The notes under the pieces: model-generated
The model's database searches: none
Told to the model about the DNA's origin: nothing
The model's input: the letters and a program-made list of their open reading frames with translations, nothing else
Part shown: piece after piece, positions 9,692 to 18,824 of the stretch
How positions within the stretch are numbered: position 1 is the first letter of the stretch
How the letters are laid out: each line of letters begins with the position of its first letter
Source: an uncultured Actinomycetes bacterium
GTDB lineage: Bacteria > Actinomycetota > Actinomycetes > Streptosporangiales > Streptosporangiaceae
Direction: 5' to 3'
Assembly: GCA_963704995.1 (NCBI GenBank)
Contig: CAVPIM010000018.1
Span: forward strand, 238,484-302,483
Length of the DNA: 64,000 nucleotides
Made by a program: the position numbers and the translations under genes

Positions 9692-10611
9692 CCCAGGTGA
9701 ACTGGCCGTCGATCAGCGCGGTTATCCCCACCCGGGATAGGCCCGAATTGCTGGCCCGGGCCGTGCAGAGCGTTCTGAATCAGTCCTACCCTGGCCCCCT
9801 TGAGTGTGTCGTGGTCTTTGATCAGCAGGAACCGCGCATGCCCGACGTCGCCGTGCCGGAAGGCAGGCCGGTCAGGCTCATCCAGAACGACCGGACTCCC
9901 GGTCTCGCGGGGGCCAGGAACACGGGGGCCGCGGCATGCACCAGCGACCTGCTGGCCTGGTGTGATGATGACGACGAGTGGCTGCCTGACAAGCTGCGCC
10001 GGCAGGTCGAGGCGATGCGGGAGACCCCCGGGGCCGCCGTGGCCACCTGCGGTATCTGCTTGTGTGTGGGAAACCGCCGCTACCTCAAGACTCCTTCCGC
10101 GCAAGCTGTCGTGCCGCGCGCAGCCCTGCTCCGGTCTCGCCAGGCGTGGATCCACTCCACGACGCTGCTGATCCAGCGGGAGAGGTTCTTCGGCGACATC
10201 GGGCCGGTCGATGAAGCGGTGCCCGGCAGCTATGGGGAAGACTACGAATGGGTTCTGCGGGCCTCCAAAGTCGCGGCCATCGTCGCGGTTCCCGAGGCGC
10301 TCGTCCGGGTGTACTGGCAGACCTCGTACTACTCGGATCGGTGGGACGTCATGATCTCCGCGATCCGGTACCACCTGGATAAGCATCCGGAACTCGCCGA
10401 TGATGCACGGAACGCGGCCCGCATGTATGGGCGGCTCGCGTTCGCATACGGCGCATCTGGCCTGCCCGGACAGGCCCGCCGGTGGGCTCACCGTTCCATC
10501 CGGCGCAACTGGCGCCAGCCCCGGGGTTATCTGGCGATGCTGGTCGCCGCGCGTGTGCTGTCGCCACGCCGCGTGATATCCGCAGCCCACGCGATCGGAA
10601 AGGGCCTGTAA
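9688..10611 (+). CDS. family 2 glycosyltransferase
   Basis: GT2 signature ISAVIPTRDRPELLARAVQSVLNQSY...VVVFDQ...ARN.G......WCDDDDEW. ATGA overlap with the upstream gene at 9688-9691. Confidence 0.85.
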   Translation: MTQVNWPSISAVIPTRDRPELLARAVQSVLNQSYPGPLECVVVFDQQEPRMPDVAVPEGRPVRLIQNDRTPGLAGARNTGAAACTSDLLAWCDDDDEWLPDKLRRQVEAMRETPGAAVATCGICLCVGNRRYLKTPSAQAVVPRAALLRSRQAWIHSTTLLIQRERFFGDIGPVDEAVPGSYGEDYEWVLRASKVAAIVAVPEALVRVYWQTSYYSDRWDVMISAIRYHLDKHPELADDARNAARMYGRLAFAYGASGLPGQARRWAHRSIRRNWRQPRGYLAMLVAARVLSPRRVISAAHAIGKGL

Positions 10612-10613
10612 GG

Positions 10614-11987
10614 GTGGCCATTTACAGCGTCGAGTCAACGGCGGCAGTGGCTGCGGAGGCGGCGAAGCCTGCGGAGCTTGCGGCGCCGCCCAGGAAGCGG
10701 CACCTTCCGGCCGGATGGCCACTGCTGGCCATCCTGGTGCTCTCTCCCCTGTGGTACGTCCTCGGCCTGGGGGGCTTCATCTACGTCATCCTGGCCGCCC
10801 CCATGCTGGCCCACCTGATCATGGCGAGAACCTGGCGGGTCCCGCGCGGATTCATCATCTGGCTGTTCTTCCTCGGCTGGATATGCCTTTCCGCGATCAT
10901 GATCTCGAAAGGCTCGAACTGGTTCACCTTTGCCTACCGGCTCGCCTCCTACCTGGCGGCGACCGTGGTCTTCATCTATGTGATCAACGTCAACGAAAAG
11001 GTTCTGCCGACCAGGCGGATCCTCAACGCACTCACCATCTTCTGGGCCGTCATCGTCGTCGGGGGCTTCGCCGCCATGGCCGCTCCCCACCTGTCGTTCT
11101 CCACCCCCACCCAGAAGCTCCTTGGCCATCTCGGATCCAACAAGCTTCTCGTCGCCCTGATCCATCCCACCCTGGCCCAGGCCCAGGCCCTGGGCGGCGT
11201 GGCGGCGATCGGCCATGCCATTCCCCGCCCGGCCGCGCCCTTCGCTTATACCAACTGGTGGGGAGCCAACTTCGCCTTCCTGCTGCCCTTCGTCATCCTG
11301 GCCCTGCGCCAGGCTCACTCGCGCCTGGCGCGGGTGACATTGATGGGCCTGCTGGTGGTCTCCCTGGTACCGTTCATTTACTCGATCAACCGTGGCGCCT
11401 GGATCAGCATCATCGTCGGCGGGCTGTACGCGTGGGTACGGTTCGCGGCCCGGGGCCGCGGCCGGGCCGCGCTCGGCGGGCTGGTAGTGCTCGTCGTCGT
11501 GGCGCTGGCGGTCCTCGTTACGCCGCTGGGTGGTGTAGTCCACGACCGGATCGGGCATCAGGGAAGTGCGTCGCTTCGTCTTACGCTCATCGATCAGTCC
11601 GCGCAGGGTGCCATGCAATCCCCGCTGGTGGGCTACGGGGTTCCGCTCCCCCAGCCCGTCAGCAAGTATTCGCTCCCCAACGTAGGAACCCAAGGACAAC
11701 TGTGGCTCGTCCTCGTGTCGGTTGGTATCCCCGGGCTGATCTTCTTCCTGCTCTGGCTGCTGTACGTGTTCTGGAAGTCACGATCGCCGGACGATCCGGT
11801 CTCGTTCGCCGTCCATATTGCGGTCCTGGCCGGCTTCATTCAGCTACCGTTCTACGGCTGGATGCCTGCGGAGATGTTCCTGGTGATGGCCGTAGCGGGA
11901 TTGGTCTGGCGCAATCGCGACCGCCCGGTAACCGCCGACCGCCCGCTGGAGGCAGCGCATCCAGGGCTGGCCACCTGGCCAGGTTGA
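10614..11987 (+). CDS. O-antigen ligase/polymerase-like (Wzy-type) integral membrane protein
   Basis: Polytopic membrane protein with about 10 or more hydrophobic segments. It has a Wzy_C-like block INRGAWISIIVGGLYAWV and a large loop. GTG 10614 lies 3 nt after the GT2 stop, and the track start at 10482 overlaps the GT2 gene. Confidence 0.7.
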   Translation: MAIYSVESTAAVAAEAAKPAELAAPPRKRHLPAGWPLLAILVLSPLWYVLGLGGFIYVILAAPMLAHLIMARTWRVPRGFIIWLFFLGWICLSAIMISKGSNWFTFAYRLASYLAATVVFIYVINVNEKVLPTRRILNALTIFWAVIVVGGFAAMAAPHLSFSTPTQKLLGHLGSNKLLVALIHPTLAQAQALGGVAAIGHAIPRPAAPFAYTNWWGANFAFLLPFVILALRQAHSRLARVTLMGLLVVSLVPFIYSINRGAWISIIVGGLYAWVRFAARGRGRAALGGLVVLVVVALAVLVTPLGGVVHDRIGHQGSASLRLTLIDQSAQGAMQSPLVGYGVPLPQPVSKYSLPNVGTQGQLWLVLVSVGIPGLIFFLLWLLYVFWKSRSPDDPVSFAVHIAVLAGFIQLPFYGWMPAEMFLVMAVAGLVWRNRDRPVTADRPLEAAHPGLATWPG

Positions 11988-12120
11988 CCTGGTGACCCGC
12001 CAGGTACCCGGCACGTCACAGTCGCGGCTTCCCGCGGCTGATGACGAGCGACAGCCCTCCCCACCCGGTCCCGAGGGGGAGCCGGAGCCGCCGCGGCGCC
12101 CTGGCCCCGACGCAATCTGG

Positions 12121-13172
12121 CGGCCCCGCCAGCCTGACCCGGCGGAGTACGACCAGCCCCGCCAGCCCGACCCGGTCGGGAATGGCCAGCCCGGCCAGCC
12201 CGACCCTGCGGGCTACGACCGGCCCCGCCAGCCCCGTCGGCCTGACCCGGCGGCCTACGGCCAGCCCCGCCAGCCTGACCCGGCGGGCAACGGCGACCCG
12301 CGCCAGCGCCGCCGGCCTGACCCCGCGGGCTACGATCAGCCCCGCCAGCCCCGTCGGCCTGACCCCGGCGGCCTACGACCAGCCCCGCCAGCCTGACCCG
12401 GCGGGCAATGGCGACCCGCGCCAGCGCCGCCGGCCTGATCCCGCGGGCTACGATCAGCCTCGCCGGCCTGACCCGGCGGGCAACGGCGAGCACCGCCGGC
12501 CTGACCCGGCGGGCTACGATGCGCCAGCCCCGCCAGCCCCGCCAGCCTGACCCGGCGGGCTACGGTCAGCTCCGCCAGCCTGACCCCGCCGGCTACGACC
12601 AGCCTCGCCAGCCTGACCCGGCGGGCAACGGCGACCCGCGCCAGCACCGCCGGCCTGACCCCGCGGGCTACGACCAGCCTCGCCAGCCTGACCCGGCGGG
12701 CAACGGCGACCCGCGCCAGCCCGCCGGCCTGACCCCGCGGGCTACGACCAGCCCCGCCAGCCTGACCCGGCGGGCTACGGCGAGCGCCGCCGGCCTGACC
12801 CCGCGGGCTACGACCAGCCCCGCCAGCCTGACCCGGCGGGCAACGGCGACCGCGCCAGCACCGGCGGCCTGACCCCGCGGGCTACGATCAGCCTCGCCGG
12901 CCTGACCCGGCGGGCAACGGCGAGCGCCGCCGGCCTGACCCCGCGGGCTACGGCGAGCCGCCGGCCTGACCCGGCGGGCTACGGTCAGCCTCGCCAGCCC
13001 CGCCGGCCTGACCCCGCGGGCTACGGCCAGCCTCGCCGGCCTGACCCGGCGGGCAACGGCGAGCGCCGCCGCCCTGACCCGGCGGGCTACGGCCAGCCCG
13101 GCCAGCCTGATCCCGCGGGCTATGGCCAGCCCCGCCAGCCTGACCCGGCCGGCTACGACCAGCCCCGCCGAC
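12121..13172 (+). repeat. 29-copy tandem coding-type repeat (33/42-nt units, reads PRQPDPAGY(D/G)Q / PDPAGNGDPRQRRR) with five phase switches
   Basis: The anchor CCTGA(C/T)CC(C/G)GCGGGC recurs at 12133, 12166, 12199, 12241 ... 13139. Of 28 spacings, 23 are 33 or 42 nt and five are 34, 46, 41, 41 and 31 nt. The last block is in frame with the wzx ATG at 13310. Confidence 0.85.
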
Positions 13173-13309
13173 CCGGCCCGGACAGGGACGGGCGGCCGCG
13201 CCGGTCCGGCCCCGCCCGGCAGCCGCCGCCTCGTGCTCCGGGACGCTGGGTACCGCGCCCCGATCCGGATGAAAACCTCACGAGCATCGCGGCGATCGTT
13301 GCCAGGAAC

Positions 13310-14929
13310 ATGGACACCGCGGAGCTGGAACCCGTGCGTGTCCCGCTGCTGCGGCAATCCGAAACTCCGGCCGGGCCAGCGGATGCCAACGCGCGTCATC
13401 GCCGGGGGGCCGGACACTTTCAGGCGCTGGCCCGTGGCGGGGCGCTCAACCTTCTCGGGGTGGTAGTCAGCGGGTCCATGCAGCTGGTGCTGACCGTCGT
13501 GGTGGCCCGCGGCGTTGGAGCGTCAGGCACCGGGGCGTTCTTCGAAGCAGTCGCGCTGTTCACCATCCTGTCCAACGTTGGTGAACTCGGTGCCGACACC
13601 GGCCTCGTCAAGATCCTTCCTCGCTACCGGGCACTCAACCGCAACCAGGATCTGGGAACAGTCGTTCAGATCGCCCTGTGGCCGGTCATCCTCTTCGGCA
13701 TCGGCATGGGGGCGGCGACATGGCTGCTCGCTCCGGAGCTCACGTCGCTCCTGTCTCATGCCCAGCACGGCGCCCAGGTCGAGTCTTACCTGCGGACTTT
13801 TGCGCCGTTCATACCGCTCGGGGCCATTACCACCGTCGTGCTGGCCGGGACCCGGGGCATGGGAACCATGGCGCCTTTCGTCATGGTCCAGAACGTGTTC
13901 CTACCCGCGATCCGGCCGGTTCTGATCGCCGCGGCCCTGTACCTCGGGCTCGGCACGCTGGCGGTAGCCCTCGGCTGGGCGGCCCCGGTGGGCGCCGCTT
14001 TCCTGCTCGGTATGTTGTTCCTGCTCAGGCTGGTCATCCGGGCCCGCAAGGCTGACCCGGGCCTCAGCCCCGGCAATACGCGGGACATCACCCGGGAATT
14101 CTGGAGCTTTGCTGGGCCGCGCGCGCTCGCCGCCGTCTTCGGCATCACGATCACCTGGCTCGACGTCCTGCTGGTTGGCGCCTTTATGCATTCCACCCAG
14201 CAGGCAGGCATCTACGCGGCGGCGAGCCGGCTCTCGGTGCTCGGTGCCAGCATGCTCAGCGCGGTGGGGATGGCTATCGCACCGCAGGTGAGCGAGCTGG
14301 CCACGCTGGGAAAGATGCGTGAGGCTGAGAAGCTGTTCCAGGTCGGGACATGGTGGCTGATGGCGCTCACCTGGCCGGTGTACATCACACTCGCGATCTT
14401 CGCACCGTTCCTGCTCGAGGTGTACGGTCACCGATTCGCAGCCGGGACCGCGGCGCTGATGATCCTCTGCCTGGCCCAGCTGTTCAACCTGGGAACCGGG
14501 AACGTGACCATCGTGCTCTTGATGGTGGGTAAGAGCTCATGGAACATGTACAACGCCGCCGGATCGCTGGCCGTTAATATCGGCCTCAACATCGTTCTCA
14601 TCCCCCGGCTCGGCATCACCGGGGCAGCGATCGCCTGGGCTGCTTCCATCGTCTGCAACAACCTGGCCGCGCTACTGCAAGTCAACTACCTGCTCAGGAT
14701 CCGTCCCTTCGGGCGAGGGTACTGGGTGGTAGTCGCAGCATCCGTGTTCTTCTTCGGCGTGGGCGGGGTGATAGTTCGCCAGATCGTCGGGCTCAACCTG
14801 GCTGGATTTGCCCTCTTCATGCTCCTCTCGCTGCCCGTTTACGCGCTGGTGCTGTGGCGGCTGCGGGGGATGCTAGGACTTTCTTCCTTGCGCCAGAGCG
14901 CCGTCAAGCGCAAGCGATTGTCTCAGTAG
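13310..14929 (+). CDS. Wzx-type oligosaccharide flippase (MOP-superfamily polysaccharide biosynthesis protein)
   Basis: 539 aa with about 12-14 TM segments. The N-terminal pattern (..LARGGALNLLG.VVS...QLVLTVVVARGVGASGTGAFF..) is typical of Polysacc_synt/Wzx proteins. This is a conservative start: the same frame is open upstream to 12692 through the repeat. Confidence 0.8.
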   Translation: MDTAELEPVRVPLLRQSETPAGPADANARHRRGAGHFQALARGGALNLLGVVVSGSMQLVLTVVVARGVGASGTGAFFEAVALFTILSNVGELGADTGLVKILPRYRALNRNQDLGTVVQIALWPVILFGIGMGAATWLLAPELTSLLSHAQHGAQVESYLRTFAPFIPLGAITTVVLAGTRGMGTMAPFVMVQNVFLPAIRPVLIAAALYLGLGTLAVALGWAAPVGAAFLLGMLFLLRLVIRARKADPGLSPGNTRDITREFWSFAGPRALAAVFGITITWLDVLLVGAFMHSTQQAGIYAAASRLSVLGASMLSAVGMAIAPQVSELATLGKMREAEKLFQVGTWWLMALTWPVYITLAIFAPFLLEVYGHRFAAGTAALMILCLAQLFNLGTGNVTIVLLMVGKSSWNMYNAAGSLAVNIGLNIVLIPRLGITGAAIAWAASIVCNNLAALLQVNYLLRIRPFGRGYWVVVAASVFFFGVGGVIVRQIVGLNLAGFALFMLLSLPVYALVLWRLRGMLGLSSLRQSAVKRKRLSQ

Positions 14930-16162
14930 GCTGCTGAGGGCCCGGTAGACACGGTCAGGCACCGGCGCGCCAGCCGCCACGCCTTCGAGTTGCCGGAGCG
15001 CGACCTCAAGCAGCACGAGCCGGAGCGTCAGGGCTCCGGCCTCTGGTGAAGCGCCCGAAGCGGCCATGGTCTCGGCCAGCGCACGCTGACTCCGCCAGAG
15101 CGCTTGCTCCGCCGGCAGGCCCCGGATCCAGAGATCGACCTGGAAACGGAAGAACACACTGTCGAAGCCGACCGGGCCACGGATCCGGGATCGTTCCCAG
15201 TCCCACACGGCGAGGCAGTGCCCGAGACTGGCCATATTCCACGGCGCCCAGTCGCCGTGCATCAGGCCAAAGTCGAGTTCGGTGGTGGCGGACCCGGACT
15301 CTAGGGCGTCCATCGCGGCCGCGAGGTCCGCCGAGATACTCGCGTCCACAGCCGCGTGGTTGACCAGGCGTTTCGCCCGCGTGAGGAGATCGGACCAGAA
15401 GTCGGATGCTCCCAGGGCCACTCGGTCGACACCGAGCGCCCGGCCCGCCTGGCGTGTCGCCGACGCAGGCAAGCTGGTGCGGCGGCGGCGGTACCACGGG
15501 CTGCCCCCGACGTCCGACACGGCTAGGACGTCGCGCCCGTACCACTCTCCATGGTGCAGCACTCGCGGGACGCGCAGTGCCGCCACGTCCGGCACGCGCC
15601 CGGCCCCGGCCGCGTCGTCCGGCGGCCCGGCCAGCCCGGTCAAGGCCAGGAGGATGGCAGCCTCATGCCGGACCAGTGAGCGTGTGACCTCATTCCAGCC
15701 AACCTTGATGTGCCCCAGGGGTTGGCCCGTCTTGGTGGACACGTGCAGGATGGGCTTGATCTGCGGGCGCAGCTGCCCTACCGAGATGGCCACCGCCAGG
15801 TCAGGCCGCCCGAATACCTCGGTTATGAGGTCCGTCCAGGGGAGAGACCCAGTCCGCAGGCCCACCGCCGAATCCGGTACCGGAGGCGAGAAGATCACCC
15901 CGGCCAGACCCGTGCGGCACGCCCATGCCCACAGTTCCCTGGCTACCCGCACCTTCAGCGGGGCGGCATCGCTGTGCTTGTGCAGCGCCGCCCAGCCTGC
16001 CCCACGCTCGCCCAGCGAAAGCACCATCTGAGGGCGCGACCGCGAGGGCATCAGGACGTAGCGGTGCTGTCCATCACCCGAATGGTCAGCTGACACCGCG
16101 CCGAGCGCCTGGCCTAGCCATGCGATGCCTGGCTGGGATGGCTGGCCCTGGCCGTCCGGCAT
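14873..16162 (-). CDS. APH/choline-kinase-fold phosphotransferase family protein
   Basis: The catalytic-loop and metal-binding pattern ..LMHGDWAPWNM....LAVWDWERS.. (HGDxxxxN ... DWE) matches aminoglycoside/choline/anomeric-sugar kinase family enzymes. Its 3' end overlaps the wzx 3' end by 57 nt (convergent genes). Confidence 0.65.
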   Translation of the reverse strand: MPDGQGQPSQPGIAWLGQALGAVSADHSGDGQHRYVLMPSRSRPQMVLSLGERGAGWAALHKHSDAAPLKVRVARELWAWACRTGLAGVIFSPPVPDSAVGLRTGSLPWTDLITEVFGRPDLAVAISVGQLRPQIKPILHVSTKTGQPLGHIKVGWNEVTRSLVRHEAAILLALTGLAGPPDDAAGAGRVPDVAALRVPRVLHHGEWYGRDVLAVSDVGGSPWYRRRRTSLPASATRQAGRALGVDRVALGASDFWSDLLTRAKRLVNHAAVDASISADLAAAMDALESGSATTELDFGLMHGDWAPWNMASLGHCLAVWDWERSRIRGPVGFDSVFFRFQVDLWIRGLPAEQALWRSQRALAETMAASGASPEAGALTLRLVLLEVALRQLEGVAAGAPVPDRVYRALSSLLRQSLALDGALAQGRKS

Positions 16163-16205
16163 CTCTACCCCCGGCCCAGTGACGCGGTGTGCCTGAGGAT
16201 GACGG

Positions 16206-17561
16206 TCACCGCTTCATCTGCTCCCAGACTTCGGTGGCGATGTATTCAGACAGCTCGGCCATGGGACGGGTGCCGTCCAGGCGGGTGACCCCGAGGCGCT
16301 CGGCCTCCTCATGGAGCAGGCTCTCCTGTTCCTTCAGCTGGCTGAGGTTGTACTGCTCCTGTTTACGGGCGAGAGCTACTTCTCCGGGGACTTCAAGCAG
16401 CCAGGCGGCGATGGGTGTCGGGCACACGATGCGGATCAGCGCCCGCTGCAAGCCGAACTCCAGCTCAGGGCCATAGAAGAACCGCAACTGCGCGGTGGTG
16501 TCCAGAGCGAAGCGGTCGAACACGATGAGCCGCCCGGATCCACCGTGCCGCAGGGCAACCATCCGGTAATGGCTTGCGCTGACCAGGCATACGAGGGTGG
16601 CCCAGGCGTGCGTCACCAGACGGTTCTGCCGTCCTCCCAGCATGGCCGGATTGGTGCCCGCCACCAGGGACCGGCCCGGCTGCTTGGAGCGGTCTAGCTG
16701 CTGCGCGTCCCAGCCGCGCATGGCCGCGTAGCCCCGCTTGACGACCCGGCGGATGGTACGGACCGACGCATTGTGCCCGAGTGGCTTCCAGTGGGCGATG
16801 ACCGCCACATCCAGTTGTTCCAGCGTGGACAGCAACGCCTGGACCTGTGAACTCTTACCCGAACCATCCAGCCCGGAGAACCCGACCACCAGGGGACGTA
16901 CCGGCGTGGCCGCGGACAGCCTGTGAGTGGCCTTAGACACCGTCCCAGCGAATCCGGCGGACCTGGTTACTTCCAGCACTGCTTTGGCCCGCTCCGCGCG
17001 GGTGGGCCAGGCGCCACCTTCGTAGAGCCTGCGCAGCGGGGGCAGAGCCGCCTCTACGCCCCAGGCCCGGGCCAGCTGCCCGGCCCGCTGCCAGGCCTGC
17101 GGGTCCTGTCCAACTGCGGCCCGGAGCTTCTCGAGCCGACGCGCGGACAAGGTGCCCGCGGCCAGGCGCCGGGCCAGGATGAGGATGACGTGGTGAGCCG
17201 CCGGGCGGGCGAGATGCGCGAAGCCCTCGATCGGCACCGCTTCCGCCACCAGGGCATCCTGCTCTGAGCGGGGAAGCTGCCAGCGCTGCATGGGATTCAG
17301 GTTGACGGCCAGGGCGGAGGATCCCTCGATCCTGACCCACTGCTGACTCGCCAGCCGGCGGGGAGCAACCTTCCGCCCTCGGGCCAGGAACCCCTGCGCG
17401 GCCAGTATCTCCGGTAGCCGCCGCGCCTGCTCGTCGCTGACCAGCAGGTCCAGGTCCCGGCCCAGGGGCGGGAGAGCCCCGGTGACAATCACCGTGCCAC
17501 TGAGCGCCTCATCGATGGCCGACACGACGGAGCCGGCGTTCAGCAATCCTTCTGAAAGCAC
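16206..17561 (-). CDS. two-domain protein: N-terminal minimal nucleotidyltransferase-like region plus C-terminal thymidylate-kinase-like P-loop kinase
   Basis: The N-terminus has ..TGALPPLGRDLDLLV.., resembling an hG[GS]..D.D NTase signature. The C-terminal half has the P-loop VVGFSGLDGSGKSSQ and VFDRFALDTTAQ, which is like the DR[YF]..S..A motif of the dTMP kinase family. The function call is tentative. Confidence 0.5.
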   Translation of the reverse strand: MLSEGLLNAGSVVSAIDEALSGTVIVTGALPPLGRDLDLLVSDEQARRLPEILAAQGFLARGRKVAPRRLASQQWVRIEGSSALAVNLNPMQRWQLPRSEQDALVAEAVPIEGFAHLARPAAHHVILILARRLAAGTLSARRLEKLRAAVGQDPQAWQRAGQLARAWGVEAALPPLRRLYEGGAWPTRAERAKAVLEVTRSAGFAGTVSKATHRLSAATPVRPLVVGFSGLDGSGKSSQVQALLSTLEQLDVAVIAHWKPLGHNASVRTIRRVVKRGYAAMRGWDAQQLDRSKQPGRSLVAGTNPAMLGGRQNRLVTHAWATLVCLVSASHYRMVALRHGGSGRLIVFDRFALDTTAQLRFFYGPELEFGLQRALIRIVCPTPIAAWLLEVPGEVALARKQEQYNLSQLKEQESLLHEEAERLGVTRLDGTRPMAELSEYIATEVWEQMKR

Positions 17562-17765
17562 GTAGTCCTCACTACCTCGGCAGAATGAATATGCCCGGCA
17601 AGATGTGAAACACCCGGGTAAGACGTGAGAAGCTATCCTAGCGGCAATTTAAGCCCGCCGAAGGGCTTTGCGCACAGTAGCCGGGGCCGGGCCCGCCCAG
17701 GCCGCAGGCCAGATTGCGCGCTGCAAGTACCGCAACACGTAGTGTGCTATTGAACTGCCTAATCA

Positions 17766-18779
17766 TCAGGGCTGACCCGCCGGGTTGAAATAGGGAAAGT
17801 GGGCGATACGGCGGAACGCTTCCAGTGCGGGAGAGCCGGGGCCCAGAGAATAGCTCCTCTTGGCATTCGCATCGAAGTACACAAGTGCCTTGACTTGCGG
17901 GTTGTCGCGTACCGTGCGAGCTGCGTTCAGCAGCCATTGGGCCCGCTGCTGAGCCCCGTAGGTATTCGGCGCGCCATACTCGCCAATCATGACTGGCTTG
18001 CGGTGGTGTGACGCCCAGGACAGGAACGGCGCGACGACATTCGCGAACGAGCGGTATGACCCGTACCCTGGGTAAGCGTCGGCGCAGACCCAGTCAACTT
18101 CGTTATTGCCTGGGTAGTATGCAGGCGCCTTGCCGGTAGCGAACCCGTCGGCTGTCGGGCACCATACCCAGCCTACGTTGGTTACGTGTTCCTGGGCGAA
18201 GATGGACCTGATGTGATCCCAGGCGGCAATGTAGTCCGCCGGGGAGTGGATCTGCGCCTGCAGTCCGGGACGGTCCATTTCCCAGCGCCATTCGAGGAAG
18301 ATCTGCTTGCCCAGGGCTTTGATGGCGCGCGCCCGCTGCCGGATCATGCTGTCGTATCTGCCTGCGGCTATCTGCCGGGTGTCGGTGCCGGACCAGGACA
18401 GCAGCAGGGTGCTCCCCTGGCGCAGGAAGGCCAGGTCACTGGGGCCCGGGAAGGGGTCCTGCCACAGGTGGTAGACGTGCACGATGGCGAGCCGCCGTCC
18501 GATGTTCTGCTGCAGGCGGGTAACCGCCGCGATGTCGGCGCTGTCCGTGTAGGTGGCGCCCTTCACCCGGGCGCCGAAGAAGGCACCATGTGCGGGCGGC
18601 ATTGGCCCCTGGGTTGGGTTATCCGCGCTGGCCGGTCGTCGTGCGGCATCAGGTTGCTGCCCGCTGGCGGCCACCGTCACCAGGCCGCCCACTGCCGCCA
18701 GGGCGAGAACGATGACAGCGGCCAGGACAGCTATGCGCCCGCGCTGGATTGCCATGCTGACAGAGATCCTTCCGATCAC
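17766..18779 (-). CDS. secreted GH26-like glycoside hydrolase
   Basis: It has a signal/TM segment (IAVLAAVIVLALAAVGGLV) and GH26-like blocks ..IFLEWRWEMDRPG.., YYPGNNEVDWVCADAYP and KPVMIGEYGAP (candidate acid/base and nucleophile Glu). Confidence 0.7.
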   Translation of the reverse strand: MIGRISVSMAIQRGRIAVLAAVIVLALAAVGGLVTVAASGQQPDAARRPASADNPTQGPMPPAHGAFFGARVKGATYTDSADIAAVTRLQQNIGRRLAIVHVYHLWQDPFPGPSDLAFLRQGSTLLLSWSGTDTRQIAAGRYDSMIRQRARAIKALGKQIFLEWRWEMDRPGLQAQIHSPADYIAAWDHIRSIFAQEHVTNVGWVWCPTADGFATGKAPAYYPGNNEVDWVCADAYPGYGSYRSFANVVAPFLSWASHHRKPVMIGEYGAPNTYGAQQRAQWLLNAARTVRDNPQVKALVYFDANAKRSYSLGPGSPALEAFRRIAHFPYFNPAGQP

Positions 18780-18824
18780 GCAGCCGTCTTTGAGTGCCCC
18801 CTGGCACGGGGAAGGATAAGCCAG

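Noticed and set aside
12121-13172. The tandem repeat as a CRISPR array
   Set aside because: The units abut one another without unique spacers. The periods are 33/42 nt with codon-level conservation, there are no cas genes, and the repeats lack CRISPR-like dyad symmetry.
16206-17561. The C-terminal P-loop domain as the missing APS kinase (CysC)
   Set aside because: The P-loop is GLDGSGKSS with a following FDRF..D..AQ block, which is closer to the dTMP-kinase family. The CysC hallmarks (GLSGSGKST, LDGDN.R, DRxENIRR) are absent. I kept it only as a long-shot assay.
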